A stretch of DNA of 64,000 nucleotides from a virus (taxonomy: Duplodnaviria; Caudoviricetes), in the IMG/VR virus record IMGVR_UViG_3300042997_000757, positions 1 to 64,000 of that record; one strand, 5' to 3'. A program made the position numbers and the translations under genes. Below the pieces are notes generated by a model that had not been told where the DNA came from, searched no databases, and saw only the letters and a program-made list of their open reading frames with translations. This document shows, in pieces, positions 18,966 to 27,480 of this stretch. Position 1 is the stretch's first letter; every line of letters begins with the position of its first letter.

Positions 18966-19059
18966 ACGTCACAGAGGCAACTCTGTGGCGTGCCATGGGC
19001 ACTGCGGTGTGGGTCTTCCCCTTTCACAACACATCGCAGTGCTCATGGGACGCAAGTCC
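18966..19059 (+). ncRNA. Three-hairpin element, copy C; loop antisense to the TGAAAGGGGAA RBS
   Basis: ACGTCACAGAG-GCAA-CTCTGTGGCGT; 19-bp stem with loop TTCCCCTTTCA (19016-19026); GGAC-GCAA-GTCC. Confidence 0.7.
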
Positions 19060-19096
19060 AAGCAACCAACTACTAATGCCTTAGGAGGCACACATC

Positions 19097-19477
19097 ATGA
19101 AGACCCATGTACTAATCACAATCACACATCCCGACGACAGCCTTTCAAGGAGCCTCGTTGACTTCGCCGTTAGTAGCATCTTTGATGCCATCGGCGGAAA
19201 CACTGAAGAAGGCTGGGGTGTCACCACGTCCAGTCCGAAAGCACTACAGATCAAAGAACTCGCACTGGCTGTGGCATTGCGCTACCACCTGTCCGACTTT
19301 GACGGTGACAAAACATCCGACGAGACGTTCTCCGCTATCGGGGAGAGTGAAGACATCGTGGTGTGGGAGCCATTTGAAAGATGGGAAAGTTACGAGATCA
19401 CCAATTCAGTATGGAATCTCGCCCACGATATTGAGACAACATTTAATGAAGCCCTAGGTTTGGAGGAATCAGAATGA
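19097..19477 (+). CDS. Early hypothetical protein
   Basis: TTAGGAGG RBS; acidic 126-aa ORF. Confidence 0.7.
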   Translation: MKTHVLITITHPDDSLSRSLVDFAVSSIFDAIGGNTEEGWGVTTSSPKALQIKELALAVALRYHLSDFDGDKTSDETFSAIGESEDIVVWEPFERWESYEITNSVWNLAHDIETTFNEALGLEESE

Positions 19478-19656
19478 AATACACAATTGAAGTTACTGAA
19501 ACAATCAACCACTCATACGAAGTGGAGGCTGGATCGGAAGAGGAAGCGTTAGAAATTTACTACTCGTACGACGACGACCAGTTGAAAGACCTTGATCTTG
19601 ACGGGCAATCAACATGGGATACATCGCCATGGGACATATCAACGGAGGAATCATAA
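19474..19656 (+). CDS. Small DpnD/PcfM-like protein
   Basis: MKYTIEVTE..YEVEAGSEEEA. Confidence 0.6.
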   Translation: MKYTIEVTETINHSYEVEAGSEEEALEIYYSYDDDQLKDLDLDGQSTWDTSPWDISTEES

Positions 19657-19817
19657 TGAAGTACACACTCACCTACGAGAACGTGATCCATCACCGCCAT
19701 GAAGTGGAGGCTGGATCATTAGAAGAAGCACGCAGACTGTTTGACACAAACGAATCAGTATGTGTGGACACACAAGAAACATGGAACACCACCGACATAG
19801 AGGAAGTAAAACAATGA
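19656..19817 (+). CDS. Small protein, tandem paralog of 19474-19656
   Basis: MKYTLTYE..HEVEAGSLEEA; GGAGG RBS, TAATG coupling. Confidence 0.65.
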   Translation: MKYTLTYENVIHHRHEVEAGSLEEARRLFDTNESVCVDTQETWNTTDIEEVKQ

Positions 19818-20077
19818 GCGCTACACACACACATTACTTTGTTGTCTCGTACAACTCAGCAACCAGCAAATGGGAATGGGATACCGAAGCAGAAGAACTT
19901 CATTTCCACGAAGGCACCGTCGTCCACAACGAGACCAACGAGTGGGGTTACGCCTACCTCGGTGACGGTGAGTACATAGACAACGAGGACGAACTGTCCT
20001 CACAACTTGGCAACGCAATTGACTTGTTGAATTGCGGAATCATCCCATCAGACAGAATAATTAATGGAGGTATATAA
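19814..20077 (+). CDS. Early hypothetical protein
   Basis: ATGA overlap with previous gene. Confidence 0.65.
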   Translation: MSATHTHYFVVSYNSATSKWEWDTEAEELHFHEGTVVHNETNEWGYAYLGDGEYIDNEDELSSQLGNAIDLLNCGIIPSDRIINGGI

Positions 20078-20078
20078 A

Positions 20079-20423
20079 ATGAGTGAACTCATCGGATATT
20101 TTGGGGTTGACAGTGGGCAGATCATTATCGGTGATCCTTGCTACCTAGACCAGTTCATCACGGAGGAGTTGTTCAGCGCCGACCTGCCACAGCCTTACCC
20201 GTACTCTTACAACGGTGCGTGCTCTGCAACGTGCTCTAAGAAGGGTGCTGGTGTGCTTGCTAATGGCAATGCAATCGCTGTGTCTACTGGCTACGGAGAT
20301 GGTTCTTATCCCGTCTACATTGAGCGTGACCACAACGGTCGGATCATCGAGATCACGATCTCATTTGATGGCTCACACGAGACCGACGAAGACGAATACG
20401 AAACCGACGAAGACGAATACTGA
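20079..20423 (+). CDS. DUF4241-like protein
   Basis: GVDSGQIIIGDPCY...STGYGDGSYPVY. Confidence 0.65.
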   Translation: MSELIGYFGVDSGQIIIGDPCYLDQFITEELFSADLPQPYPYSYNGACSATCSKKGAGVLANGNAIAVSTGYGDGSYPVYIERDHNGRIIEITISFDGSHETDEDEYETDEDEY

Positions 20424-20438
20424 GCAATCAACCACGGG

Positions 20439-20533
20439 GCATCACGGGCGAGAGTCCGTGGTGCGCTCAGGGTGCATGGGGCTTTTGCCTCCTAAGTTCC
20501 AGTCCCCATGCACTCTGAGGGCACTTACTGCCC
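20439..20533 (+). ncRNA. Three-hairpin element, copy D; loop antisense to the CTTAGGAGGCA RBS
   Basis: GCATCACGGGC-GAGA-GTCCGTGGTGC; 16-bp stem with loop TGCCTCCTAAG (20486-20496); GGGCA-CTTAC-TGCCC. Confidence 0.7.
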
Positions 20534-20574
20534 GAGCACCAATTAACCAACCAACAACGACCTAGGAGGTCACA

Positions 20575-20907
20575 GTGAAAACATCAACCCTTGAAGACAT
20601 CCTTCAACACAAGACAGTGCTTGTTAAGCATGCACGAAAAATAATTAATGCAGATACCTACTGCAACGACATTGATGCGTGGGAGTCACTCATCATTGAA
20701 GACCAAGCCTTTGACTTCAACGTGTTCATATGGGAAGAAGACAACGGAGACGAAGTCACGCACATCAGCGTGTACCCAGTTGAGTTCAAAGACTCCCAAG
20801 AGTATGGCGATACCGACTACAGCACGTACTTACGACTGGTCACATTCAATCCCAAGACAGGCAAGATCACCGACGTATCAAACAACTCCGTGGAGGAAAA
20901 ACAATGA
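20575..20907 (+). CDS. Early hypothetical protein
   Basis: TAGGAGG RBS, GTG start. Confidence 0.7.
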   Translation: MKTSTLEDILQHKTVLVKHARKIINADTYCNDIDAWESLIIEDQAFDFNVFIWEEDNGDEVTHISVYPVEFKDSQEYGDTDYSTYLRLVTFNPKTGKITDVSNNSVEEKQ

Positions 20908-21419
20908 AGAAGACAGCGCTAGACAAACTTAAAAATGGAGACATCGTCTCTCGTAAATATCGTGGAACCATCACTCGCCACGTTGTGACATCACGCACCA
21001 ATTCAGGTACGCACTTTTGGGTGCGAGACCTCAAGTGGGGCGATGATGGCTACTACGACGAGAACCACGACCTCACCGAGCCAAAGTGGTTTGCTGTGGA
21101 ATACATCAAGCGTGTTGAAGAGGAAGAAGTCGTGGCACGAGGTCAATCACAAACCATCGGCGCTTGGGTATGGGTCATATGGAATGACTCCTACAAGCCC
21201 GAGAGCCAGTACATCTCATTCGGCACTGAAGTGTACGAGGGCGAAGACGTCATCTCTGACTCCTTTGGTATCGGAGACGATCAGATCTTCTACTACGCCA
21301 CTGAGCAAGAGTGGTTTGACTTGAATGACGGCATTGAACACAACGATGGCTGGAAGATTGACCTATCAAGAATTAATTACAACATCGCAATCATTATCCA
21401 AGAAGGAGCACTGCAATGA
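20904..21419 (+). CDS. Early hypothetical protein
   Basis: GGAGG RBS, ATGA overlap. Confidence 0.7.
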   Translation: MKKTALDKLKNGDIVSRKYRGTITRHVVTSRTNSGTHFWVRDLKWGDDGYYDENHDLTEPKWFAVEYIKRVEEEEVVARGQSQTIGAWVWVIWNDSYKPESQYISFGTEVYEGEDVISDSFGIGDDQIFYYATEQEWFDLNDGIEHNDGWKIDLSRINYNIAIIIQEGALQ

Positions 21420-21709
21420 ATACCTATGAGAAGACAACCCATTTCCTAGAGCAGTTAGATATCAACGCACTGTCACAGAGCGCAGTGCTCAGTGCAGTCG
21501 CTGACTTCTTTGAACTGGTCATCTGTCCGCACGACAGGCAAGAAGCAGAGAACGTGGCTGGGAGGGCGCTCACTGAAGAAGAGTGGGCGACCCTTCAGAT
21601 CGACATCTACTGGCTCTCTCTTGGCTGGTCAACCGAGGCAGATGTCTTGTCCATCGCAGAAGCGTTGAACAAGCAAGGCATCTCCAGTTCCTATGTACCA
21701 CCCTTTTGA
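21416..21709 (+). CDS. Early hypothetical protein
   Basis: AAGGAG RBS, ATGA overlap. Confidence 0.7.
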   Translation: MNTYEKTTHFLEQLDINALSQSAVLSAVADFFELVICPHDRQEAENVAGRALTEEEWATLQIDIYWLSLGWSTEADVLSIAEALNKQGISSSYVPPF

Positions 21710-21745
21710 TAGATCACTAACCACTCAATGACCAAGGAGGTCAAC

Positions 21746-22324
21746 ATGAATACCGAAGTAGACATTGATGCTCTTGAAGAGCACCTGTGCGTTGAATGCA
21801 AAGAGACAGTAGACCCTGAAGGCAACGACGACAGTCGCTGGTCATCCGTCAAGGAGGACTACGTCTGTTACTCGTGCTATGAGAGTGACATCCAGTCATG
21901 CTCAACCATCCACCTCATTGAAGGCGACCTCGTAGTGAAGATCTACGTTGGCGACCTTGACATCTTCAATGAGTACGGAGACCCCGTTGACGGAGGTCTC
22001 AGGATCAGGCGTGAGTGGGTATCCAGCGATATATGGCGTGGTTACCACAACACAGTCATCGCTGGCTGGGTTGACGTGCTCAGTGGCTGGACGACAGGTG
22101 GCTGGGGTGACCCAGTTGCTGACCGCAAGGCAAACTTCAATGAGTGGGCTGAGGCTTTACTCACCCAAGAGATATATCCACCCTGTTCAGTTGCTATCGT
22201 GACTGACCCAACATCCAACCTGTTTTCAACGGCGATCACTGTTCTCGTAAAAGAGAGAGACGTTAAGTCTTTCCGAGAATGGCTCTCCGACGAATACGAC
22301 GACCTCAATTCATCACTTAGTTAG
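21746..22324 (+). CDS. Early hypothetical protein with N-terminal Zn finger
   Basis: CVEC..CYSC; AAGGAGG RBS before ATG 21746. Confidence 0.7.
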   Translation: MNTEVDIDALEEHLCVECKETVDPEGNDDSRWSSVKEDYVCYSCYESDIQSCSTIHLIEGDLVVKIYVGDLDIFNEYGDPVDGGLRIRREWVSSDIWRGYHNTVIAGWVDVLSGWTTGGWGDPVADRKANFNEWAEALLTQEIYPPCSVAIVTDPTSNLFSTAITVLVKERDVKSFREWLSDEYDDLNSSLS

Positions 22325-22334
22325 GAAAAACAAA

Positions 22335-22586
22335 ATGTCAGAACCAATCAACCAACCACCATTGTGGTGTCGCAACTCTACTTGCCCTGCCACTCACGAA
22401 GCCTTTGATGATGAAGGCGTATGTCAATCATGCGAGACGCACAACATTCTGCGTGAATGGAATATCACTATTCAATTCCCAGTGTTGCGTGCGTACACAG
22501 AAGCCGAGGCGCTCGCACGTTTCATACATGCTGTTGGCACGGACAGCAGAGACATACTCCACCACATCCATGCAGAAAGGGTATAG
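22335..22586 (+). CDS. Early hypothetical protein
   Basis: Cys pairs; in operon. Confidence 0.6.
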   Translation: MSEPINQPPLWCRNSTCPATHEAFDDEGVCQSCETHNILREWNITIQFPVLRAYTEAEALARFIHAVGTDSRDILHHIHAERV

Positions 22587-22588
22587 CC

Positions 22589-23044
22589 ATGAACAACCTG
22601 TTAAATATCAATATCGTCAAGACCGAGGTAGCAACACTGCCATACATCTTGGAGTTCACTAACGTCAATAATTCCCGATCCGAGAAGTACGCCTTTGAGA
22701 ATTGGGACGGCGTGGTGGAGTTCATACAAGATCAGGGGCACTGGTGGCTCAACAATGTAGACGTCAGTCCTTACACCAAGGCGTACTACCGTGGGCGCCT
22801 CAGCGCCTTCTATGACGCCGTTGATGGATGGTACTGCCCGTCACCTCTCTCGGGTGAATGGGCTGGGGAGTCCATCCCTGAGTTGTTGGGCGATCTCATC
22901 AGGCAGGCAGAAGCCACCAGCGACGATGAGTTTGAAGACATAGACCCCAATGAGAAGTCCAGTGCTGTGCTTGACGCATACATCGCTGGCTACGACACAT
23001 ACTTTGTGAAGCATGCTCCCGACCTCATCGAGGTTGAAGCGTGA
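22589..23044 (+). CDS. Early hypothetical protein
   Basis: GAAAGGG RBS before ATG 22589; PLSGEWAGES motif. Confidence 0.65.
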   Translation: MNNLLNINIVKTEVATLPYILEFTNVNNSRSEKYAFENWDGVVEFIQDQGHWWLNNVDVSPYTKAYYRGRLSAFYDAVDGWYCPSPLSGEWAGESIPELLGDLIRQAEATSDDEFEDIDPNEKSSAVLDAYIAGYDTYFVKHAPDLIEVEA

Positions 23045-23208
23045 ACACAATTGAATTCACCAACTGCATTTGGTGCGAGCAACCAGTAGACGGCATCCCA
23101 CATGCAGGTGTGGATGTCAACACCACGCTCGGGCGTGTGTTCGGTTATGTATGCCGAGCATGCGACCGTGCATTCTCAGACCAACCAACGTCCAAGGAGG
23201 ACATTTAA
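23041..23208 (+). CDS. Small Zn-finger protein (55 aa)
   Basis: Manual translation: CIWC...CRAC; GTGA overlap. Confidence 0.55.
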   Translation: MNTIEFTNCIWCEQPVDGIPHAGVDVNTTLGRVFGYVCRACDRAFSDQPTSKEDI

Positions 23209-23209
23209 C

Positions 23210-23482
23210 ATGGGTTACCAAACAGCACTCGGCATTGCCGAGACCGACATCAGCCTTGAGCAACAACTCTCATGGCACTTCACCACCAACTGCTACCCAC
23301 CAGTATCAACACTGATGATTCCACTTGCTGTTGAAGCAATAGACCTTGCCAATGAAGACCTATGGGATGAATACATCTCGTGCCCTGAGGGCGTGACATA
23401 CAGAGGCAGGACGTTAGTTAGTGCCTCAGAAGTTATTGAACATCTTTACCTTTCCGCATTTATTACACAGGAGGAAGAATAA
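23210..23482 (+). CDS. Early hypothetical protein
   Basis: AAGGAGG RBS; WHFTTNCYPPV. Confidence 0.7.
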   Translation: MGYQTALGIAETDISLEQQLSWHFTTNCYPPVSTLMIPLAVEAIDLANEDLWDEYISCPEGVTYRGRTLVSASEVIEHLYLSAFITQEEE

Positions 23483-23715
23483 TGAAAGTCACAGACTGGA
23501 GCAGGTGGCAACGTACGAAAGCACTCACTGCTGGAGCGTTGTTCGCTATCGGAATCATATTGATCGGTGGGCTGGAAGGCGTTGACTTTCCACCCACTAC
23601 CTCATGGGGACTGTTGTGTGGGATCTTCTCTGTGATCCTTTTCAAGAACGTGCTACGCCATGACCAACGCATCAACCCTGACCGATACATCGTTGAAGAA
23701 GAGGAGTGGCAATAA
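23482..23715 (+). CDS. Small two-TM membrane protein
   Basis: Two hydrophobic segments; AGGAGG RBS. Confidence 0.65.
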   Translation: MKVTDWSRWQRTKALTAGALFAIGIILIGGLEGVDFPPTTSWGLLCGIFSVILFKNVLRHDQRINPDRYIVEEEEWQ

Positions 23716-24173
23716 TGGACGCATATCAACAAAAGCAATGGGAAGCCATCAATGCTGTAGTCGAAGCAGGGGGTGGAGTCATGGAACTCTTGAAAGACCC
23801 CATCAAGGTAGAGGTGCTTGATACCCCACAGGCAATTTTCAAGGCAGGTGCGAGCACCAAAGAGGCGCATGGCAAGACTTGGATAATTCCCCAACGGGAC
23901 TTACCCGAGTACTTGGAGCGAGAACTCCTTGCCCGTGGACAGAAGAGGCACGACTACTACTTCATCGCCGTGCGTGAACCAATCGGTGGTCAGGCTGGTG
24001 GTGGTGGGAACATCCAGTTCATCTGTAATCCCTACGCCCACGACGACGGGGTTTTCTTCCGTGTCACCGTCGGCTGTAGGCACACCATGGAAGGTACCCA
24101 ACTGGGTAACTGCTACTGGTCATACAAATGCACCAAATGTGACTACCACTACAAAGTGGATTCAGGCGATTAA
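23715..24173 (+). CDS. Hypothetical protein with C-terminal Zn ribbon
   Basis: GCRH..GNC...CTKC. Confidence 0.65.
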   Translation: MDAYQQKQWEAINAVVEAGGGVMELLKDPIKVEVLDTPQAIFKAGASTKEAHGKTWIIPQRDLPEYLERELLARGQKRHDYYFIAVREPIGGQAGGGGNIQFICNPYAHDDGVFFRVTVGCRHTMEGTQLGNCYWSYKCTKCDYHYKVDSGD

Positions 24174-24182
24174 TTAATTAGT

Positions 24183-24212
24183 TTGCAATATCCGTATTTA
24201 CGGGGATAGATT
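24183..24212 (+). promoter_or_regulatory. Sigma70/SigA-like promoter
   Basis: TTGCAA-18 nt-TAGATT upstream of the DUF932 gene. Confidence 0.5.
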
Positions 24213-24258
24213 AATCCTCGTAACTCAACCAATCAACCAACCAAAGAAAGAGAATACA

Positions 24259-25299
24259 ATGTCCGCAGAATCAGCAGAGGTGCTTAATACCTTCCAATTA
24301 ATTGGATTCACTGACCCGACCTATGGTCGTGGCAATGCATGGCACAACAACCCCGTCTTGCGTCAGCAACTCGGTATTGAAGACAACCACTATGCACACG
24401 CCATCCCAGTAGACGACGTCCTGCGTCGTCTCTTCAACTGGGAAGCCATTGAAGCGCCAGTGTTCGTAGGTGTCCCACACAATGGTGGCACTCGTTACAT
24501 CGCTGACCCTGACCGCAAGGCAATCGTGCGCAGTGATGACGACACCGTCTTCAATGTGTTCAAGTCGGGGTACCAAGTCCACTCATACAAGAAGTGGCTC
24601 TTGGACACCGTGTCCAACATCATTGACGATGACAACCTCGCTATCGGTACCGCAGGTCTCTTGCGCCGTGGTGGCAAGGCATACGTCACGGTGGAGTTGC
24701 CCGACACGGTCAAGACTCCGTCAGGCTTCAATGTCCGCCCACACTTGCTCGCATGCACCTCGCATGATGGCACGCTGTCAACCACCTACAAGGCAATTGC
24801 CACCATCGTGGTGTGCGACAACACCCTTGCTGGTGCTCTCGGTGAATCCACCGCACAGCACAAGGTACGTCACAGCAAGCACAGCATCGGTCGCTTGCAG
24901 AACGTGCGTGATGCTCTTGGCATCGTGCATGAGTTCACTGATGACCTCGTGGCTGAGATTGAGCGCCTGTCCTCACAGGTGGTCACTGACAACGAGTTCC
25001 AAGCCATCATTGAGCAACTGATCCCTGTTGACCTCAGCATTGAGGTTCGCCCACAGGTGCAGGCTCGTGTGCAGAACAAGCGTGAACTCATCCGCCACAT
25101 CTACAAGACAGATGAGCGTGTGAAGGACTGGACAGGCACCAAGTTGGGTGTGCTTCAAGCATTCAACACCTACCAGCATCACTTTGCAGGTACCGACGTC
25201 TCACGCTCGGAGCGCAATGCTTTGAACGCCATCATCGGCAAGGCAGAAGCCAGCGACCGTCTTGTGCTCAACACCATTGACCAACTGGTGTCTGCATGA
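24259..25299 (+). CDS. DUF932 family (phage/plasmid-like TIGR03299) protein
   Basis: TAGLLRRG, LLACTSHDGT, VVCDNTL, KVRHSK. Confidence 0.85.
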   Translation: MSAESAEVLNTFQLIGFTDPTYGRGNAWHNNPVLRQQLGIEDNHYAHAIPVDDVLRRLFNWEAIEAPVFVGVPHNGGTRYIADPDRKAIVRSDDDTVFNVFKSGYQVHSYKKWLLDTVSNIIDDDNLAIGTAGLLRRGGKAYVTVELPDTVKTPSGFNVRPHLLACTSHDGTLSTTYKAIATIVVCDNTLAGALGESTAQHKVRHSKHSIGRLQNVRDALGIVHEFTDDLVAEIERLSSQVVTDNEFQAIIEQLIPVDLSIEVRPQVQARVQNKRELIRHIYKTDERVKDWTGTKLGVLQAFNTYQHHFAGTDVSRSERNALNAIIGKAEASDRLVLNTIDQLVSA

Positions 25300-25598
25300 C
25301 CGATCAGCACCGTGGGGAGGGGGAAACCTCTCCCCACACGCTGGAAGTTTGGTTACCCACTGTGAAGTACATTGACCCTGATAGCGACTGGAGAGAACAC
25401 GCCAACTGCCGTCAAAATGGGAGCACAATGTTCTTTGCTTCTCGTAGCATTAAACAGCAAAAGGAAGCCATCAGCGTCTGCACCGCTTGTGAAGTGCGCC
25501 TCCAGTGCTTGAACTTTGCGATACGTAATGAAGAGAAAAATGGCATATGGGGAGGGGTTAATTTCCACTCCTCCAAGCGCAAAAAAGTTAACAATTAA
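25296..25598 (+). CDS. WhiB-family transcription factor (true start may be later)
   Basis: WREHANC..FF..CTAC.V..QC...GIWGG. Confidence 0.85.
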   Translation: MTDQHRGEGETSPHTLEVWLPTVKYIDPDSDWREHANCRQNGSTMFFASRSIKQQKEAISVCTACEVRLQCLNFAIRNEEKNGIWGGVNFHSSKRKKVNN

Positions 25599-25648
25599 AA
25601 AGACCCACCTTCACTGCGTCATTGCGGTGAGGGTGGGTCTTTTTTTTT
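25598..25648. terminator. Bidirectional intrinsic terminator at convergence point
   Basis: AAAAGACCCACC...GGTGGGTCTTTTTTTTT. Confidence 0.85.
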
Positions 25649-25772
25649 GCTTTATCCCTTGTCGGTGATCTCTTCCAGCAACTTTGGCTTGTCGAGGTTC
25701 TTCTTGCACCTGTGCGATGGTGGGCTGGAGGGGTTAACGAACAAGGTCACCTTCTGTCCACATGACTTGCAT

Positions 25773-26003
25773 TCATAAATTCGTTTGGTCATCTCCGAGT
25801 ACCTTCCATGGTCGCCACACTGCAAGAAAAGACATTATCTCCGACTTATCCCAAATAGGTGTTGAAGCGAGAACTTTTACTGGATCAGGAAATTCCGGCA
25901 TCTGCCGAAGAGAATGTATGCGTTGCTTGCTCACTCCCAGCACAGAGGCAACCTCGGCGGTGCCAAGGATGGCATCTACTGGTAGTGCTGTATTGTTCAT
26001 CAT
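25773..26003 (-). CDS. AlpA/excisionase-like HTH protein
   Basis: GTAEVASVLGVSKQRI..FPDP...PIW. Confidence 0.75.
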   Translation of the reverse strand: MMNNTALPVDAILGTAEVASVLGVSKQRIHSLRQMPEFPDPVKVLASTPIWDKSEIMSFLAVWRPWKVLGDDQTNL

Positions 26004-26512
26004 TTTATTTTAGATGCTTTTTGTGCTTTATGTTTCTTTAGCCATACCTCGGGGTGCAGGTAGCGGTTGTTTTTAATACAGCCCCAACCAAAATACGAAA
26101 CTGTTCCCTGATCTTTGTAACCAAAGACCGTGATCCTGTTTGCAATGGTTATCTGTTCTGCTTTGGTGGCTTTGTTCGGTACTGGTGCAAAGTCAGTACC
26201 ACCAAAAGTTCTCCACGTACCAACGTAGATACCTAGCCCTCCTGCCCAGCGACCACCGTCTTTCCATCCACGTCTAGTGGCGTCTGTTTCACAAACAGCG
26301 ACGTCTTCCCAATATTTCACTGGCATTACTTTGCGACTCTTTATTTGCAATTCAAGTTCGGTGTAAACGATTGCAGGCTGTTTCTCTATGGATTGCTCCT
26401 TTACAAGTACCTCTATTGGTGAGGGTGTGTTTGGTCTTGATTGCTCGTGTACGTGTGTGTTAGTGGATGGGACAAAAAGTGTGGTGATTAAACCGATCTT
26501 TATGAGTAACAA
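26000..26512 (-). CDS. Resuscitation-promoting-factor (Rpf)-like lytic transglycosylase, secreted
   Basis: WEDVAVCET..GGLGI..TWRTFGGTDFAP..ATKAEQI; TTG start after GAAAGAGG. Confidence 0.8.
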   Translation of the reverse strand: MLLIKIGLITTLFVPSTNTHVHEQSRPNTPSPIEVLVKEQSIEKQPAIVYTELELQIKSRKVMPVKYWEDVAVCETDATRRGWKDGGRWAGGLGIYVGTWRTFGGTDFAPVPNKATKAEQITIANRITVFGYKDQGTVSYFGWGCIKNNRYLHPEVWLKKHKAQKASKIK

Positions 26513-26618
26513 ATTTCCTCTTTCGCCGTCGGATAAAACAAAGCACCCATACCAAGAGAGACAGGGGGATGTCTCGGGGGTAAGCCTTGGTATGGGCGCT
26601 AGAACAAGTTTATACGGG

Positions 26619-27035
26619 TTATGAGAGCAAGCCAAACCTTATTGCGTCTAAATCTCCCAATGATTCGTGCATGTACGGAATAACATTCATATTCACATTC
26701 GGCAAACTATTGTTGTGAGCGTCTACACAAGAAGTGCAACGGCATCCTTGGCGGTATCTCACCCATGATCCATGTGCTCTCATGATAGAAGGCTTTGGTG
26801 TGGGGTTATTTAGCGCTCCACGCTCCTGTGGAGTGAGACCGCCCCACATTCCCCATGTTTCAAGTGGGGGCTTCTGAGAGTCTTCTAGGCATGTCTCCCA
26901 TACTGGACAGCGACGGCATAATTCTCGGGCAATTGAGTAGTACTGCTCGGGGACGTCCGCATCCATTGGGGGGTACCAAAGATTATTGTTGCGTGTTCGG
27001 CATAAGGCTTTTAAGCGCCATTCAGTGTGCATCAT
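26619..27035 (-). CDS. WhiB-family factor with extra C-terminal HG..GCRC..C Zn module
   Basis: WRLKALC..CRRCPV..C..GMWGGLT.QER. Confidence 0.85.
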   Translation of the reverse strand: MMHTEWRLKALCRTRNNNLWYPPMDADVPEQYYSIARELCRRCPVWETCLEDSQKPPLETWGMWGGLTPQERGALNNPTPKPSIMRAHGSWVRYRQGCRCTSCVDAHNNSLPNVNMNVIPYMHESLGDLDAIRFGLLS

Positions 27036-27088
27036 TCTCCATTTAAAGATTCTTGTACTTGGTACACCCACCTGCTAGGGTGGCATGT

Positions 27089-27478
27089 ATGGCAACCAAA
27101 ACCAAAACCGACCGCACTGCGGAGGTAACCCAGCCCCTGTCCACCCTCGTCAACGAGCGTCTTCGCTTGAAGGCGGAACTTGATGATCTCGCAGAGCGCC
27201 TCAAAGCGCTCGATGAAATTGTTATTACCGAGTTCCAGTCCGCTGGCGTCAGCAAGGTTGAGACCGACCTTGGGAAACTGAATCTCATTCAATCCAGCAC
27301 CACGGTGTGGAATGAAGAAGTTCTTCAGGAGTACCTGAGCACGGCTCAATGGAACCGAGTATCGGTTCGCAAACTTGACAAGAGCAGGCTTGAAGCCGAA
27401 CTCCTTGTTGGGCGTATTGAAGAAAGCGATGTCATCGGTGCCAAAGGCACCAAGCAGTCCAAGCCCTTCCTTCGCTAA
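27089..27478 (+). CDS. Hypothetical coiled-coil protein resembling 43201-43617
   Basis: Lone + strand ORF; TAGGGT 7 nt before ATG. Confidence 0.6.
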   Translation: MATKTKTDRTAEVTQPLSTLVNERLRLKAELDDLAERLKALDEIVITEFQSAGVSKVETDLGKLNLIQSSTTVWNEEVLQEYLSTAQWNRVSVRKLDKSRLEAELLVGRIEESDVIGAKGTKQSKPFLR

Positions 27479-27480
27479 CG

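Noticed and set aside
14982-20533. Integron attC sites or intrinsic terminators
   Set aside because: No RYYYAAC/GTTRRRY ends, no integrase and no U-tracts.
26513-26610. c-di-AMP (ydaO) riboswitch upstream of Rpf
   Set aside because: Too short, and the conserved ydaO sequence elements were not recognisable.
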